A DNA stretch of 64,000 nucleotides from Buchnera aphidicola (Floraphis choui) (lineage in GTDB: Bacteria; Pseudomonadota; Gammaproteobacteria; Enterobacterales; Enterobacteriaceae): positions 150,452 to 214,451 of the forward strand of contig CP140044.1 of the NCBI GenBank assembly GCA_039830045.1. The letters are read 5' to 3'. Below, in pieces: positions 11,807 through 23,678 of this stretch (positions are counted from its first letter, which is position 1; each line of letters begins with the position of its first letter). Under the pieces are notes generated by a model. That model had not been told where the DNA came from. It saw only the letters and a program-made list of their open reading frames with translations, and searched no databases. A program made the position numbers and the translations under genes.

Positions 11807-13119
11807 AGAAAATATTACGCACTCCAGAAACTCATCCGTTAACTTGGTGGTTAAATAAACATGAAGATACAGTTTGGATTAAAGAATATATAAAAAAAGG
11901 CGGCTATCTTGCTTTTGAAAAAGCAGTTAAAACTATTCATTTTAAGACAATTATAGACATTATTAAAAATTCGGGATTAAAAGGACGTGGTGGAGCCGGT
12001 TTTTCTACAGGAACGAAATGGAGTTTAATGTCTCAAGGAAAAAATTCTGATATTCGATATTTATTGTGTAATGCTGATGAGATGGAACCGGGAACGTATA
12101 AAGATAAGTTTTTAATGGAAAAAATTCCTCATCAATTGATTGAAGGTATTTTAATTAGTTCATTAGCTTTGCAAGTTAGTAGAAGTTATATTTTTTTAAG
12201 ATATGAATATAATAAAGTTGAAGATATTTTAAACAAAGCTATTCATGAAGCAAAACAGTACGGATACATAGGAAAGAATGTTTTAAAATCAGGTTTTAAC
12301 TTTGAAATTATATTACATAGTGGTGCTGGTCGCTATATTTGTGGAGAAGAAACAGCATTAATTAATTCTTTAGAAGGTAAACGAGCTAATCCTAGGTTTA
12401 AACCTCCTTTTCCTGCTTCTGTAGGAGCTTGGGGAAAACCTACTTGTGTAAATAATGTAGAAACATTATCTAATGTACCATTTATTATTTTAAATGGTGT
12501 TGAATGGTATAAAAATTTGTCGAATAGTGTTGATACTGGTACTAAGATAATGGGTTTTTCTGGAAAAGTCAATAATCCTGGTTTATGGGAATTACCTTTT
12601 GGAATTACTGCTCGTGAAATATTAGAAGATTATGCCGGTGGAATGAGTAATGGGCTTCAATTAAAAGCATGGCAACCAGGAGGGGCCAGTACAAATTTTT
12701 TGACACCTGAACATATTGATTTACCTATGGAATTTGTTAGTATTCAAAATGCTGGTAGTCGTTTAGGAACGGCAATTGCTATGGTAGTAGACAATACTAT
12801 AAATATGGTTTCTTTAGTTAGAAATATTGAAGAATTCTTTTCTCGTGAATCATGTGGATTATGTACTCCATGTCGTGATGGTTTACCTTGGATTGTATCA
12901 ATTTTAAAATCTTTAGAAAAAAAACAAGGACAAATAGATGATATTGACATTTTAGAACAATTATCCTATCAATTAGGGCCAGGAAAAACTTTTTGTGCAC
13001 ATGCACCAGGAGCTATTGCTCCATTAAAAAGTGCTATTAAATATTTTCGTTCAGAATTTGAATGTTGTATTAAAACATCTTCAACAATTAATGTAAAATT
13101 TATAGATGGAATTCAATAG
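11803..13119 (+). CDS. nuoF: NADH-quinone oxidoreductase subunit F
   Basis: 438-aa ORF with FMN/NADH site [13 protein letters not shown] and 4Fe-4S motif [10 protein letters not shown]. Confidence 0.97.
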   Translation: MKKILRTPETHPLTWWLNKHEDTVWIKEYIKKGGYLAFEKAVKTIHFKTIIDIIKNSGLKGRGGAGFSTGTKWSLMSQGKNSDIRYLLCNADEMEPGTYKDKFLMEKIPHQLIEGILISSLALQVSRSYIFLRYEYNKVEDILNKAIHEAKQYGYIGKNVLKSGFNFEIILHSGAGRYICGEETALINSLEGKRANPRFKPPFPASVGAWGKPTCVNNVETLSNVPFIILNGVEWYKNLSNSVDTGTKIMGFSGKVNNPGLWELPFGITAREILEDYAGGMSNGLQLKAWQPGGASTNFLTPEHIDLPMEFVSIQNAGSRLGTAIAMVVDNTINMVSLVRNIEEFFSRESCGLCTPCRDGLPWIVSILKSLEKKQGQIDDIDILEQLSYQLGPGKTFCAHAPGAIAPLKSAIKYFRSEFECCIKTSSTINVKFIDGIQ

Positions 13120-13243
13120 AATAATAAAATTACTAAATAAAATATACTAAATAGCGCTTCTTTAAATAAGAAAAATGGGATTTGTTATATAAATTATTGT
13201 ATAACTTCATAAAAATTTCATCAAATGGAAATAAAGATTGTTT

Positions 13244-15973
13244 ATGACTATAATTTTTATAAATGATAAAAAATACAATGTTAATAGTACAAGTAATTTA
13301 TTACATATTTGTTTATCATTAGGTTTTGATATACCATATTTTTGTTGGCATCCAGTATTGGGAAGTATTGGAGCATGTCGTCAGTGTGTTATTAAACAGC
13401 ATTATAGTTTTGAAGATAAAACTGGTAGATTAGTAGTATCTTGTATGACTCCTGTTACAGATGGTTTAATAGTTTCTACTAATGATAGTGAAGCAGTAAA
13501 TTTTAGAAAAGGTATTATCGAATTATTAATGACTAATCATCCACATGATTGTCCAATTTGTGAAGAGGGTGGGAATTGTCATCTTCAAGACATGACTGTG
13601 ATGACTAAGCATTATGTTCGTCGTTATCGATTTTCTAAAAGAACTCATAAAAATCAATATCTTGGTCCTTTTATTAAACATGAAATGAATCGATGCATTT
13701 CTTGTTATAGATGTGTTCGTTATTATAAGGATTATTCTGATGGTATAGATTTTGGAGTGTATGGAATTAGTAATAATGTTTATTTTGGAAGATTAGAAGA
13801 AGGAGCATTAGATAGTGAATTTTCTGGTAATTTGATAGATATTTGTCCTACTGGAGTTTTTACTGATAAAATTCAATCAGAACATTATACAAGAAAGTGG
13901 GATTTACAATATGCTCCTAGTATTTGTCAACATTGTTGTATTGGATGTAATATTAGTGTAGGTGAAAGATATGGAAAAGTGTGTAAAGTAGAAAATAGAT
14001 ATCATGAAAATATTAATCGTTATTTTTTATGTGATTTAGGTAGATTTAGTTATGGTTATTCTAATTTAAGGGATAGACCAAAACATTCCTTTTATCGAAG
14101 TAAAAATAAAAAATATATTTTTAATAGTTTAGAAGATTCTATTGAATTAGTAACTAAACGTTTAACACCTCTATCTAAGATAATAGGAGTTGGTTCGAGC
14201 CGTGCTAGCTTAGAAAGTAATTATGCTCTTCAGAAGTTAGTGGGAGTAGAAAATTTTTCGACTGGAATATTACAGAAAGAATTAGATTGTGTTAAGTTAA
14301 TTATAAAGATTTTAGAAGATAGTGGTATTTATGTTCCTACATTACGGGAAATAGAAAACTATGATACGATTCTTATTTTAGGTGAAGATGTTACAAAAAC
14401 TTCTCCTATGATGGCTTTATCAATTCGACAGGCAATTAAAAGCAAGTCTAAAGAAATAGCATTATCCAATAATATTCCTGAGTGGCATTCATTAGCTGTT
14501 AAAAATGTTTCTGGAAATTTAAAGAATACGTTATTTATTATTAGTACTTATAAAACTAAATTAGATGATATTTCTGAAGAAAGTTATTATTTTACGATCA
14601 ATGATCAAGCACGGCTAGGTTTTGAAATTGCTAATAAAATTGATAGTAATTCTCCTAATGTTAATAATTCAAGTATTAATTTTACTGAAATAGTACAAAA
14701 AATTGTTTTTGCATTGTTGTCGTCTAAACGTCCTCTTATCATTTCAGGCTCTCATTCTAATAGCATTGAATTAATTCAATCAGCTCATAACATAGCAAAA
14801 GCGCTAAAAAATATAGAAAAAAAAGTAGGACTGGTTTTGCTTGCATCTAATTCTAATAGTTTAGGTGTAGGTTTATTAAAAGGAATGTCCTTAGAACAGG
14901 CTGTTAATAATTTGTTAGAAACAAAATATGATTCTTTAATAATTTTAGAAAATGATTTATATCGTTATTTATCACGATCTTGTGTTACAAAATTATTTAA
15001 TATCGTTAAAAATGTTATAGTTATAGATCATCTTAATACTGAAACTATAAAGAAAGGAAAAATAATATTTCCAGCTGCTAATTGTTTCGAGAGTTCAGGA
15101 ACGATTGTAAATTATGAAGGTCGAGCACAACGATTTTTTCAGGTATATGATCCAAAATTTTATGATAGTAGTGTACATATTTTAGATAGTTGGATATGGT
15201 TGCATCGTATAGAGTGTAAATTGTACAAAAAGTCTCGAATTTGGTATAAGTTAGATGATGTTATTTATAGTATGTCATCTGAGAATATTAATTTTCATCA
15301 ATTAAAGTATGTAGCACCAGATTCAAACTTTAGAGTTTGTGGACAAAAATTAGCTAGATCTCCACATCGCTATAGTGGTAGAACTGCAATGAGATCTAAT
15401 ATTAGTGTTCATGAAGTTAGTCAACCTAAAGATAAAAATTCTATGTTTTCTTTTTCTATGGAAGGTTGTCAACAATCTTATAAATATTCTTCTTACATAC
15501 CTTTTGCTTGGGTTCCAGGTTGGAATTCTATACAAGCATGGAATAAATTTCAAAAAGAAATTAATGGAGAATTATATTGTGGAGATTCTGGCAAACGTTT
15601 GTTATCATATGATGTAAATAAATCGTTACCTTGGTTTGAAGTTATGTTAGTTGATAATATTGGCAACGATTATCATATCGTTCCATATTATACTTTATTT
15701 GGACATGAACAATTATCACAGTTATCTCTAGTCATCAAAAAAAATATTCTGAAATATACTATAGGAATTATAAGTCAGTATGATGCAAATATTTTGTCTA
15801 TTCGATCTGGATCTAAAATAGGTTTTAGTTATTGTGGCATAAAATTTACGATTTTAGTTCATATTGCTTCTGAAATTCAACCTGGACAATTAGGATTGCC
15901 TTTAGGTTTTCCTGATTTTCCTCTTATTTTATCTAGAAAAAAAATTGCAGATTTACAAAAGATAATTGTATGA
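13244..15973 (+). CDS. nuoG: NADH-quinone oxidoreductase subunit G
   Basis: The tracked ORF starts at TTG 13238. ATG 13244 (MTIIFINDKKY) aligns with E. coli MATIHVDGKEY. Fe-S motifs CRQC and HPHDCPICEEGGNCHLQ. Colinear with E. coli NuoG to the C-terminus. Confidence 0.95.
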   Translation: MTIIFINDKKYNVNSTSNLLHICLSLGFDIPYFCWHPVLGSIGACRQCVIKQHYSFEDKTGRLVVSCMTPVTDGLIVSTNDSEAVNFRKGIIELLMTNHPHDCPICEEGGNCHLQDMTVMTKHYVRRYRFSKRTHKNQYLGPFIKHEMNRCISCYRCVRYYKDYSDGIDFGVYGISNNVYFGRLEEGALDSEFSGNLIDICPTGVFTDKIQSEHYTRKWDLQYAPSICQHCCIGCNISVGERYGKVCKVENRYHENINRYFLCDLGRFSYGYSNLRDRPKHSFYRSKNKKYIFNSLEDSIELVTKRLTPLSKIIGVGSSRASLESNYALQKLVGVENFSTGILQKELDCVKLIIKILEDSGIYVPTLREIENYDTILILGEDVTKTSPMMALSIRQAIKSKSKEIALSNNIPEWHSLAVKNVSGNLKNTLFIISTYKTKLDDISEESYYFTINDQARLGFEIANKIDSNSPNVNNSSINFTEIVQKIVFALLSSKRPLIISGSHSNSIELIQSAHNIAKALKNIEKKVGLVLLASNSNSLGVGLLKGMSLEQAVNNLLETKYDSLIILENDLYRYLSRSCVTKLFNIVKNVIVIDHLNTETIKKGKIIFPAANCFESSGTIVNYEGRAQRFFQVYDPKFYDSSVHILDSWIWLHRIECKLYKKSRIWYKLDDVIYSMSSENINFHQLKYVAPDSNFRVCGQKLARSPHRYSGRTAMRSNISVHEVSQPKDKNSMFSFSMEGCQQSYKYSSYIPFAWVPGWNSIQAWNKFQKEINGELYCGDSGKRLLSYDVNKSLPWFEVMLVDNIGNDYHIVPYYTLFGHEQLSQLSLVIKKNILKYTIGIISQYDANILSIRSGSKIGFSYCGIKFTILVHIASEIQPGQLGLPLGFPDFPLILSRKKIADLQKIIV

Positions 15974-15993
15974 TTATGTTTTAAATAATTTTA

Positions 15994-16944
15994 ATGGAAA
16001 TTAAGGTGTTAGTCTTAGAATCTTTTTTAGTATTATTTTTTATTTTAATTTTTGCAACAGCAATGAGTGTTATAGAGCGAAGACTATTAGGATTATTACA
16101 AAATCGCTATGGACCTAACAGAGTTGGTTGGCAAGGAATATTACAAATTGTAGCAGATATGATTAAAATATTATTTAAAGAAGATTGGATTCCCATATTT
16201 AGTAGAAAAGTAATATTTGTTATTGCTCCAATATTAGGATTTATATCTTTACTATTAGTAATGGCAGTTATACCCATTAATTCTAATTTAGTTATTATTA
16301 ATTTAAATATAGGTATTTTGTTTTTTTTAATGATGGCTTCATTGTCTGTATACTCTGTTTTATTTGCAGGTTGGGCTAGTAATAATAAATATTCATTATT
16401 AGGAGCTATTAGAGCTACAGCACAAACTTTATCATATGAAGTTTTTTTAGGTTTGTCTTTGATGGGAGTAGTAGCTCGTGCACGATCTTTTAATATGATC
16501 GATATTGTTAATAGTCAGGTATTTTTATGGAATTGTATTCCTCAATTTTTTGGATTTGTAACTTTTTTAATAGCTGGTTTAGCATTATGTCATAGGCATC
16601 CTTTTGATCAACCAGAGTCAGAACAAGAATTAGCAGATGGTTATCATATTGAATATTCAGGTATGAAATTTGGTTTGTTTTTTATTGGAGAATATATATC
16701 TATTATAGTAGTATCAAGTATGATTACTACTATTTTTTTTGGTGGTTGGTTGGGTTTTAGTTTCTTTCCAGTTTTATCATTTTTTTTAAAAACTATGTTA
16801 TTTGTATTTTTATTTGTTTTAATTCGAGCTTCATTACCTCGTCCTCGTTACGATAAAATAATGTTATTTGGATGGAAATTTTGTTTTCCGTTGACGTTAA
16901 TAAATTTAATTTTTACTGCTATTGTTATGTTATGTGAAGCTTAA
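15994..16944 (+). CDS. nuoH: NADH-quinone oxidoreductase subunit H
   Basis: 316-aa polytopic membrane ORF with conserved [18 protein letters not shown] and [18 protein letters not shown]. Confidence 0.96.
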   Translation: MEIKVLVLESFLVLFFILIFATAMSVIERRLLGLLQNRYGPNRVGWQGILQIVADMIKILFKEDWIPIFSRKVIFVIAPILGFISLLLVMAVIPINSNLVIINLNIGILFFLMMASLSVYSVLFAGWASNNKYSLLGAIRATAQTLSYEVFLGLSLMGVVARARSFNMIDIVNSQVFLWNCIPQFFGFVTFLIAGLALCHRHPFDQPESEQELADGYHIEYSGMKFGLFFIGEYISIIVVSSMITTIFFGGWLGFSFFPVLSFFLKTMLFVFLFVLIRASLPRPRYDKIMLFGWKFCFPLTLINLIFTAIVMLCEA

Positions 16945-16961
16945 ATAAAGAAGAGTAATTT

Positions 16962-17504
16962 ATGAGTATTGTAAAGATGATATATATATTAATTAGCCAA
17001 ATACGTAGTATTTGGCTGACTTTTATTAATATTTTTTCAAAACGTGAAACTATAAAATACCCCGAACAACCTGTTTATCTTTCTCCAAGATATAGAGGTA
17101 GAATTATATTATCTCGTAATTTAAAAGGAGAAGAAAGGTGTGTTGCTTGTAATTTATGTGCAGTAGCATGTCCTGTAGGTTGTATCTCTCTAAAAAAGTC
17201 TGTTTTGAAAAATAATCGTTGGTATCCTATATTTTTTAGAATTAACTTTTCTAGATGTATATTTTGTGGATTATGCGAAGAGGCTTGCCCGACAGCTGCT
17301 ATTCAATTAATTCCTGATTTTGAATTATCAGAATATAAAAGACAAGATTTAGTATATGAAAAAGAAGATTTATTAATTTTAGGACCTGGAAAGTATCCTG
17401 ACTATGATTTTTATCAATTTTCAGGTGTAGAGATTGAAGGAAAGAAAAAAGGTGATTCGGATCATGAATTACATCCAATTGATGTAAAAACATTATTACC
17501 TTAA
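16962..17504 (+). CDS. nuoI: NADH-quinone oxidoreductase subunit I
   Basis: 180-aa ORF with two 4Fe-4S ferredoxin motifs, [12 protein letters not shown] and [12 protein letters not shown]. Confidence 0.96.
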   Translation: MSIVKMIYILISQIRSIWLTFINIFSKRETIKYPEQPVYLSPRYRGRIILSRNLKGEERCVACNLCAVACPVGCISLKKSVLKNNRWYPIFFRINFSRCIFCGLCEEACPTAAIQLIPDFELSEYKRQDLVYEKEDLLILGPGKYPDYDFYQFSGVEIEGKKKGDSDHELHPIDVKTLLP

Positions 17505-17514
17505 GGATAATACT

Positions 17515-18024
17515 ATGGAACTAGCTTTTTATGGTTTTGGAATAATATCAATCATATTTACTGTATTTGCAATTCTTAGTAAAAATCCAATGTATTCATT
17601 AATATATTTAATAATATCATTTTTATCTACATCTGGCGTGTTATTTTCATTAGGTGCTTTTTTCGTAGCTGCATTAGAAGTTATAATTTATGCAGGTGCT
17701 ATCATGGTATTATTTGTATTTATTATTATGATGTTTAATGTTAGAAATTCTACTTATTGTTTGATTATATCTAATAAATCTAAAGTTAAATTATTTCTGT
17801 TTTTTATATTGTTTTTAGTATTAATTTTTTCCGCAATTTTTATGTTGTCTAGTTTAGATAAAAAATACATATTTAATTCGGTAACTAACATACATGAAAT
17901 TGGAATAAAATTATTTAGTGATTATATTTTAATTGTTGAATTAGCATCAATATTATTATTAAGTGCTTTAGTAATTGTATGCCACGTTGGACAGAATAAG
18001 AAGAAACGTAGTAAACTTTATTAA
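17515..18024 (+). CDS. nuoJ: NADH-quinone oxidoreductase subunit J
   Basis: 169-aa hydrophobic ORF in the nuoJ position of the cluster, with a conserved EVIIYAGAIMVLFVF segment. Confidence 0.9.
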   Translation: MELAFYGFGIISIIFTVFAILSKNPMYSLIYLIISFLSTSGVLFSLGAFFVAALEVIIYAGAIMVLFVFIIMMFNVRNSTYCLIISNKSKVKLFLFFILFLVLIFSAIFMLSSLDKKYIFNSVTNIHEIGIKLFSDYILIVELASILLLSALVIVCHVGQNKKKRSKLY

Positions 18025-18043
18025 TTTATTAGGATAATTATTT

Positions 18044-18346
18044 ATGATTTCTTTATTTCATGGTTTAGCATTATCGTCTATTCTATTAATTTTGGGTTTA
18101 ATATCTTTACTAATACATAAAAATGTATTATTTATGTTGATTAGTTTAGAAATTATGATTAATGCAGTAGCGTTGGCATCAGTAGTAGTAGGTAGTTATT
18201 GGAATCAAGTAGATGGACAAATAATGTATATTTTAATCATAACTTTTGGTGCTTCAGAATCAGGAATAGGTTTGGCACTTTTAGTACAATGTTATCGACA
18301 GTTTAGAACTTTAAATATTGATAAGTTAAGTGAGATGCATGGATGA
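18044..18346 (+). CDS. nuoK: NADH-quinone oxidoreductase subunit K
   Basis: 100-aa three-helix ORF ([10 protein letters not shown]..., [10 protein letters not shown]). 4-nt overlap with nuoL. Confidence 0.93.
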   Translation: MISLFHGLALSSILLILGLISLLIHKNVLFMLISLEIMINAVALASVVVGSYWNQVDGQIMYILIITFGASESGIGLALLVQCYRQFRTLNIDKLSEMHG

Positions 18347-20184
18347 ATATTATATGTTCGATAATTCTATTTCCATTGGTCAGTTGTATTTTATTATTTA
18401 TTTTAAAAGATATTTTTTCTGGTAACCAACTTGTAAAAATTTCAATTGGATCTGTTTTCATATCAATGTTACTTTCTTTATATTTAATGATAATTTTTTC
18501 TTATCAAAGTAAAAATATATTGATTGAAAAATTGTGGACGTTTATATTTATAGATGATTTTAAAATTAATTTCGGATTTTTGATAGATGGTTTATCGCTT
18601 GTTATGTTAATTATGGTTACTTGCATAGGTTTTTTAGTTCATATGTTTTCTATTTGGTATATGCGTAATAGAAATGATTTATCAAATTTTTTTGCATATA
18701 TGAATTTGTTTATTGCAAGTATGATTTTGTTGGTTTTATCTGACAATTTAGTTTTTATGTTTATAGGTTGGGAAGGAGTTGGGTTATGTTCGTATTTATT
18801 AGTAGGGTTTTATTACAATAATGCTAGTTTTGGATATGCCGCTTTAAAAGGATTTATTATTACTCGTATTGGAGATATTTTTTTATTGTTATCAATTTTT
18901 TTTATTTATAGAGAGTTTGGTACTTCAAACTTTGAAGAATTAAAATTAATTTTAAAAACGGCTATAATACAAAATAATGTAGAACCATTGCAATGGATTA
19001 CTCTATTTTTATTATTGGGTGCTATAGGAAAATCTGCCCAAATTCCATTGCAAACTTGGTTAGCTGATGCCATGGTAGGTCCAACTCCAGTATCTGCTTT
19101 AATTCATGCTGCTACAATGGTAGCAGCTGGTGTTTATTTAATTGCAAGAACTCATTTTTTATTTTCATTATGTCCAGGAACATTGTATACATTAGGAATA
19201 ATAGGTAGTGGAACTTTAATTATTTCTAGTTTTTCAGCATTAGTTCAAACTGATATAAAACGTATATTAGCATACTCAACTATGAGTCAAATTGGTTATA
19301 TGTTTATTGCGTTAAGTATGCAAAATTGGATTGCCGCAATTAAACATCTAGTTGCTCATGCAATTTTAAAATCTCTTCTTTTTCTTGCTTCTGGATCAAT
19401 TATTACTTTATTAAAGAATGAAAAAAACATTTTTAAAATGGGCGGACTTAAGAATCAACTTCCCTTTTTATATATGTCATTTTTAATTGGTGGAGCTTCT
19501 TTATCATCGTTTCCAATTATTACATCTGGATTTTATAGTAAAGGAGAAATTTTATTATCTGCTTGGGAAAATAGCTACATAGTTTTTTTAATATCTGGTT
19601 TGTTAGGTTTTTTATTAACTACAATATATACGTTCAGAATGATTTTTGTAATATTTCATGGAAAAGAAAAACATAATTGTGTTCCTTCAAAAGAGTTTAA
19701 TCATAATTTTCCGTTAATATTATTAATAATATTTTCTACTTGCATTGAATCTTATATTGTTTTTCCATTATTTCACGTTTTTCCAAAAGAAAAAACGTTT
19801 ATTTACTCTAATTTATTTTTAGAGATGATATGTAGTTCTATATCTTTTTTTGGTATATTTTTATCTTATTATTTATGGGTAGTAAATAAAACAATAATTG
19901 ATAAAATATTATGTACTACAATTGGATTACGTATAAATTCTTTTCTTTTCAATGCGTGGGGTTTTGATTATTTATATAATATATTATTCGTAAGATCTTA
20001 TTTATATATTTCTAAAGTTTTGTCTTCTGATCCTATTGATACTATTATTTGTTGTCGTAAGAGTTTATTGTATTTTCTATATCATAAATTAAGATTAATT
20101 CATAATGGATATTTGCGTACTTATCTTTTATTGATTATCGCTGGATGTTTGATGTCGTTGACAATTATAACGTTTTTTAGTTAG
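18343..20184 (+). CDS. nuoL: NADH-quinone oxidoreductase subunit L
   Basis: 613-aa antiporter-like membrane ORF ([41 protein letters not shown]). Confidence 0.95.
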   Translation: MNIICSIILFPLVSCILLFILKDIFSGNQLVKISIGSVFISMLLSLYLMIIFSYQSKNILIEKLWTFIFIDDFKINFGFLIDGLSLVMLIMVTCIGFLVHMFSIWYMRNRNDLSNFFAYMNLFIASMILLVLSDNLVFMFIGWEGVGLCSYLLVGFYYNNASFGYAALKGFIITRIGDIFLLLSIFFIYREFGTSNFEELKLILKTAIIQNNVEPLQWITLFLLLGAIGKSAQIPLQTWLADAMVGPTPVSALIHAATMVAAGVYLIARTHFLFSLCPGTLYTLGIIGSGTLIISSFSALVQTDIKRILAYSTMSQIGYMFIALSMQNWIAAIKHLVAHAILKSLLFLASGSIITLLKNEKNIFKMGGLKNQLPFLYMSFLIGGASLSSFPIITSGFYSKGEILLSAWENSYIVFLISGLLGFLLTTIYTFRMIFVIFHGKEKHNCVPSKEFNHNFPLILLIIFSTCIESYIVFPLFHVFPKEKTFIYSNLFLEMICSSISFFGIFLSYYLWVVNKTIIDKILCTTIGLRINSFLFNAWGFDYLYNILFVRSYLYISKVLSSDPIDTIICCRKSLLYFLYHKLRLIHNGYLRTYLLLIIAGCLMSLTIITFFS

Positions 20185-20262
20185 TAAAATTAATATTCAA
20201 TTGTTATATGTATATTATCAAACTTATTTAACTAATGAACTGAAATAAGGAATATAATTAGT

Positions 20263-21801
20263 ATGTTACTGCCTATTTTTATTATGATTCCTTTTTTAGG
20301 TGGAATATGTTGTTGGTTCTTTGACCAATATAATGTCAAAATTTCTCATTATGTTGCTTTATTCTCAATGAGTATAGTACTTATTCTGTCTATTTCATTG
20401 TTATTTTATGATTTAACAGCTTACATTTCAAGTTTACACGCATCTTATTGGAACATTGAATATGAAATGTCTTGGATGCCGCAATTTGGAATTACATTTC
20501 ATTTAGCTGCCGATGGATTATCTATTTTAATGTTAGTTTTAACTAGTATTTTAGGAATAATATCTATATTTTGTGCATGGGACAAAATTAAAAATAAGAT
20601 CGGGTTTTTTTATTTAAATTTATTGTGGATTTTAAGTTTTTCTATGGGAATATTTCTTTCTGTAGATCTTTTTCTGTTTTTCTTTTTTTGGGAAATAGTA
20701 ATATTCCCGGCATATTTTTTAATGATATTGTGGGGATACAAAGTTGATGGTCAAAGTTTATGCTTGAAGAGATATACTGCTGCTAATAAGTTTTTTATGT
20801 ATTCTCAATGTTCTGGTTTAATTTTATTATTTTCAATATTAATTTTAGTATATTCTTGTTATACGTCTACTCATGTTTTAAGTTTTAGTTATGATGTATT
20901 ACATAATACTGATTTAAATTTTTTTTTAGAAACTTGTATTATGTTAGGTTTTTTTTTAGCATTTTCTATTAAAGTGCCTATTGTTCCATTTCATGGTTGG
21001 TTTTCAGATTTTCATACTTATTCACCTATTTTAGGTTCTTTAGATATTTCTGGAATTTTGTTAAAAACAGCTATCTATGGTTTATTGCGATTTAATATTG
21101 ATCTTTTTCCTCGTTCTTCAGCTATTTTTTCAAATTTTTTTATTTTTTTAGGAGTTGTTACTATATTTTATACTGCATTAGCTGCTTTTTCTCAAAAAGA
21201 TATTAAGCGTTTAATTGCTTATACATCTATATCTCATACAGGTTTTATATTGATTGCCATTTATAGTGCTAATCAAATAGCTTATCAAGGTATAATAATA
21301 CAAATTTTTTCTTATGCTTTGTCTACTTCTGCTTTATATTACCTTATAGGTCAATTATTTCAATATACTTATACTCGTGATATGACAAAAATGGGTGGAT
21401 TGTGGTCCAATATAAATTGGATACCAGGATTTTTTTTATTTTTTTCAGTAGCAAATTTAGGAATGCCAGGAACTGGAAATTTTGTTGGTGAATTTATGAT
21501 ATTATTAGGCGCATTTGATAGTAATACTTTGTTAATTAGTATTGTTTCCTTTTCTTTAATTATTTCAGCATTATGTTCTCTAATTATGGTACAAAAAACG
21601 TTTTTTGGTCCTATTACTAAACATAATAATGTCGTCGTTGTTAGGAATATTTCTTTTAGCGAGATTATTATATTAGTATTATTATTGTTAACGTTAATAC
21701 TGATTGGACTTTACCCAAGTATAATTTTAAATATATCAGAGCATCCATTAAATAATATTCGAACTATTTTTTCTAATTTTATTTTAACTACAAGGTTATA
21801 A
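20263..21801 (+). CDS. nuoM: NADH-quinone oxidoreductase subunit M
   Basis: 512-aa antiporter-like membrane ORF in the nuoM position (AFSIKVPIVPFHGW, KRLIAYTSISH). Confidence 0.93.
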   Translation: MLLPIFIMIPFLGGICCWFFDQYNVKISHYVALFSMSIVLILSISLLFYDLTAYISSLHASYWNIEYEMSWMPQFGITFHLAADGLSILMLVLTSILGIISIFCAWDKIKNKIGFFYLNLLWILSFSMGIFLSVDLFLFFFFWEIVIFPAYFLMILWGYKVDGQSLCLKRYTAANKFFMYSQCSGLILLFSILILVYSCYTSTHVLSFSYDVLHNTDLNFFLETCIMLGFFLAFSIKVPIVPFHGWFSDFHTYSPILGSLDISGILLKTAIYGLLRFNIDLFPRSSAIFSNFFIFLGVVTIFYTALAAFSQKDIKRLIAYTSISHTGFILIAIYSANQIAYQGIIIQIFSYALSTSALYYLIGQLFQYTYTRDMTKMGGLWSNINWIPGFFLFFSVANLGMPGTGNFVGEFMILLGAFDSNTLLISIVSFSLIISALCSLIMVQKTFFGPITKHNNVVVVRNISFSEIIILVLLLLTLILIGLYPSIILNISEHPLNNIRTIFSNFILTTRL

Positions 21802-21806
21802 TTTTT

Positions 21807-23300
21807 ATGGTAATAACTATACAACAGTTAATAGCATTTTCTCCATTATTAATTTTATTATTAACTGTAATAATTATAATTTTATTTATTTCATATAATC
21901 GTAATCATTTTTTTACTTTTTTATGTTCTATTATAGGTTTAACATTATCTTTATTGTCGCTGCATGTGACTCAAAATAGTATACCAATAGACGTTACTAT
22001 ATTATTTCATATAGATAAATATTCATTATTTTATATTTTTATAATTATTCTATCGAGTATGATTTCTTGTATATTTTCATATTTATGGTTAAAAAATTGC
22101 TTTTATAACTGTGAAGAGTTTTATTTATTATTGTTATGTTCTACAGTTGGTTGTATTACTTTAGTTATTGCTAATCATATGTCTGCTTTATTTATTGGTA
22201 TGGAGTTATCATCTTTACCAATTTTAGGATTAATTTCGTATACACATTTTAAAAAAAATTCTTTAGAAGCAGCTATAAAATATATGATTTTGTCTTGTTC
22301 TATATCAGTATTATTTTTATTTGGTATTACTTTAATATATTCCATTACAGGAAGTCTTACATTTTCTAGCTTAATATATGAGTTAATAATATCTATTTCA
22401 CAACCAGATTGTATTTTATTATGTGGTTTAGGACTAATTATTGTAGCATTTGCTTTTAAATTATCTGTTTTTCCATTTCATATATGGACTCCAGATGTAT
22501 ATAATGGTACTCCTTCAGCAGTGTTGATGTATTTATCTACTGCGGTAAAAATTGCAGTATTTAGTTTGTTTTTTAAAATTTTTATTTTTTTGACGTTTTT
22601 TCATATAAATTTTTTTAATAGTATATTGGAAATTATGTTATGTTTTTCTATCTTTTTTGGAAGTTTTATGGCTTTATTTCAAACTAGTATGAAAAGATTT
22701 TTGGGATACTCTTCTATTGCTCAGTTTGGATATTTATTTGTATCTTTGTTGACTTCTAATAATTTTAGTTTTTCTTTAGAAACAGTAGGCATATATTTGG
22801 TAAGTTATTTATTATCTAATATTGGTATTTTTGGTTTAATTAGTATTATGTCTAATGTAGATTGTAAATTTCAATATGATACTATTGATTTTTATCGCGG
22901 TTTGTTTTGGAGAAGTCCAATTCTGTCAGTTATTATGGCGATAATGTTATTTTCTTTATCTGGAATTCCAATAACTATTGGTTTCATTAGCAAGTTTTAT
23001 TTGTTATTTTTGATAGTTAAAGAGCATTTTTGGTTTTTAGGAATTGCTTTTATAGTAGGATCAATGGTTAGCATATATTCTTATTTAAGAATTATTACTT
23101 ATTTGTATTCAGAACCGGTATACAACAGTAGCACAAGAAAAATTGTTTTAGATGAAAATAACAAAAAATGTGTATTTATATTACTTGTAATATCATTATT
23201 AATATTAATATTAGGAGTTTTTCCCGACATGATTATACATGTTATTTCTATATCTAAGCCTGTTTTATTTAATAATGTTATATATTTTAAAAATTTATAA
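21807..23300 (+). CDS. nuoN: NADH-quinone oxidoreductase subunit N
   Basis: 497-aa antiporter-like membrane ORF, last in the cluster (FKLSVFPFHIWTPDVYNG, KRFLGYSSIAQFGY). Confidence 0.93.
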   Translation: MVITIQQLIAFSPLLILLLTVIIIILFISYNRNHFFTFLCSIIGLTLSLLSLHVTQNSIPIDVTILFHIDKYSLFYIFIIILSSMISCIFSYLWLKNCFYNCEEFYLLLLCSTVGCITLVIANHMSALFIGMELSSLPILGLISYTHFKKNSLEAAIKYMILSCSISVLFLFGITLIYSITGSLTFSSLIYELIISISQPDCILLCGLGLIIVAFAFKLSVFPFHIWTPDVYNGTPSAVLMYLSTAVKIAVFSLFFKIFIFLTFFHINFFNSILEIMLCFSIFFGSFMALFQTSMKRFLGYSSIAQFGYLFVSLLTSNNFSFSLETVGIYLVSYLLSNIGIFGLISIMSNVDCKFQYDTIDFYRGLFWRSPILSVIMAIMLFSLSGIPITIGFISKFYLLFLIVKEHFWFLGIAFIVGSMVSIYSYLRIITYLYSEPVYNSSTRKIVLDENNKKCVFILLVISLLILILGVFPDMIIHVISISKPVLFNNVIYFKNL

Positions 23301-23678
23301 GTTAATATTCTAAGGTTATAATTTTAATTCGTTTAAAACTATAGATAATTTGTTTGTATAACATTAAAGAATACAATAAAATAAATGTTGTTGTATTTCA
23401 AAAAATATAATTTAACTATTGATAAGTGGCTACGTGATTATAAAATATAGTTGATTATACTATAAATTGTATAGATATTATAGCTACTTTAAAGTAATCA
23501 TGTTTTTAAAACTTTAAATTAAATAGTTTTATATTTATTTTATATTCATTTATATAGTTAAATAATGTTATATTAACATCGAAATTAGCTGTATTAAATT
23601 TTTTATTATTTGAATGTATGTAAAAATCAGTAACATATAATTTTTTTAAATGAATAATAATTTTAGTGGTTCTATAAA

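Noticed and set aside
12333-17493. Opposite-strand or alternative-frame ORFs within nuoF, nuoG and nuoI (12333..12572, 12744..12950, 12818..13006, 15350..15553, 15405..15617, 17299..17493)
   Set aside because: They are embedded in the colinear nuo genes, are short, and have no recognisable domains. They are typical spurious ORFs.
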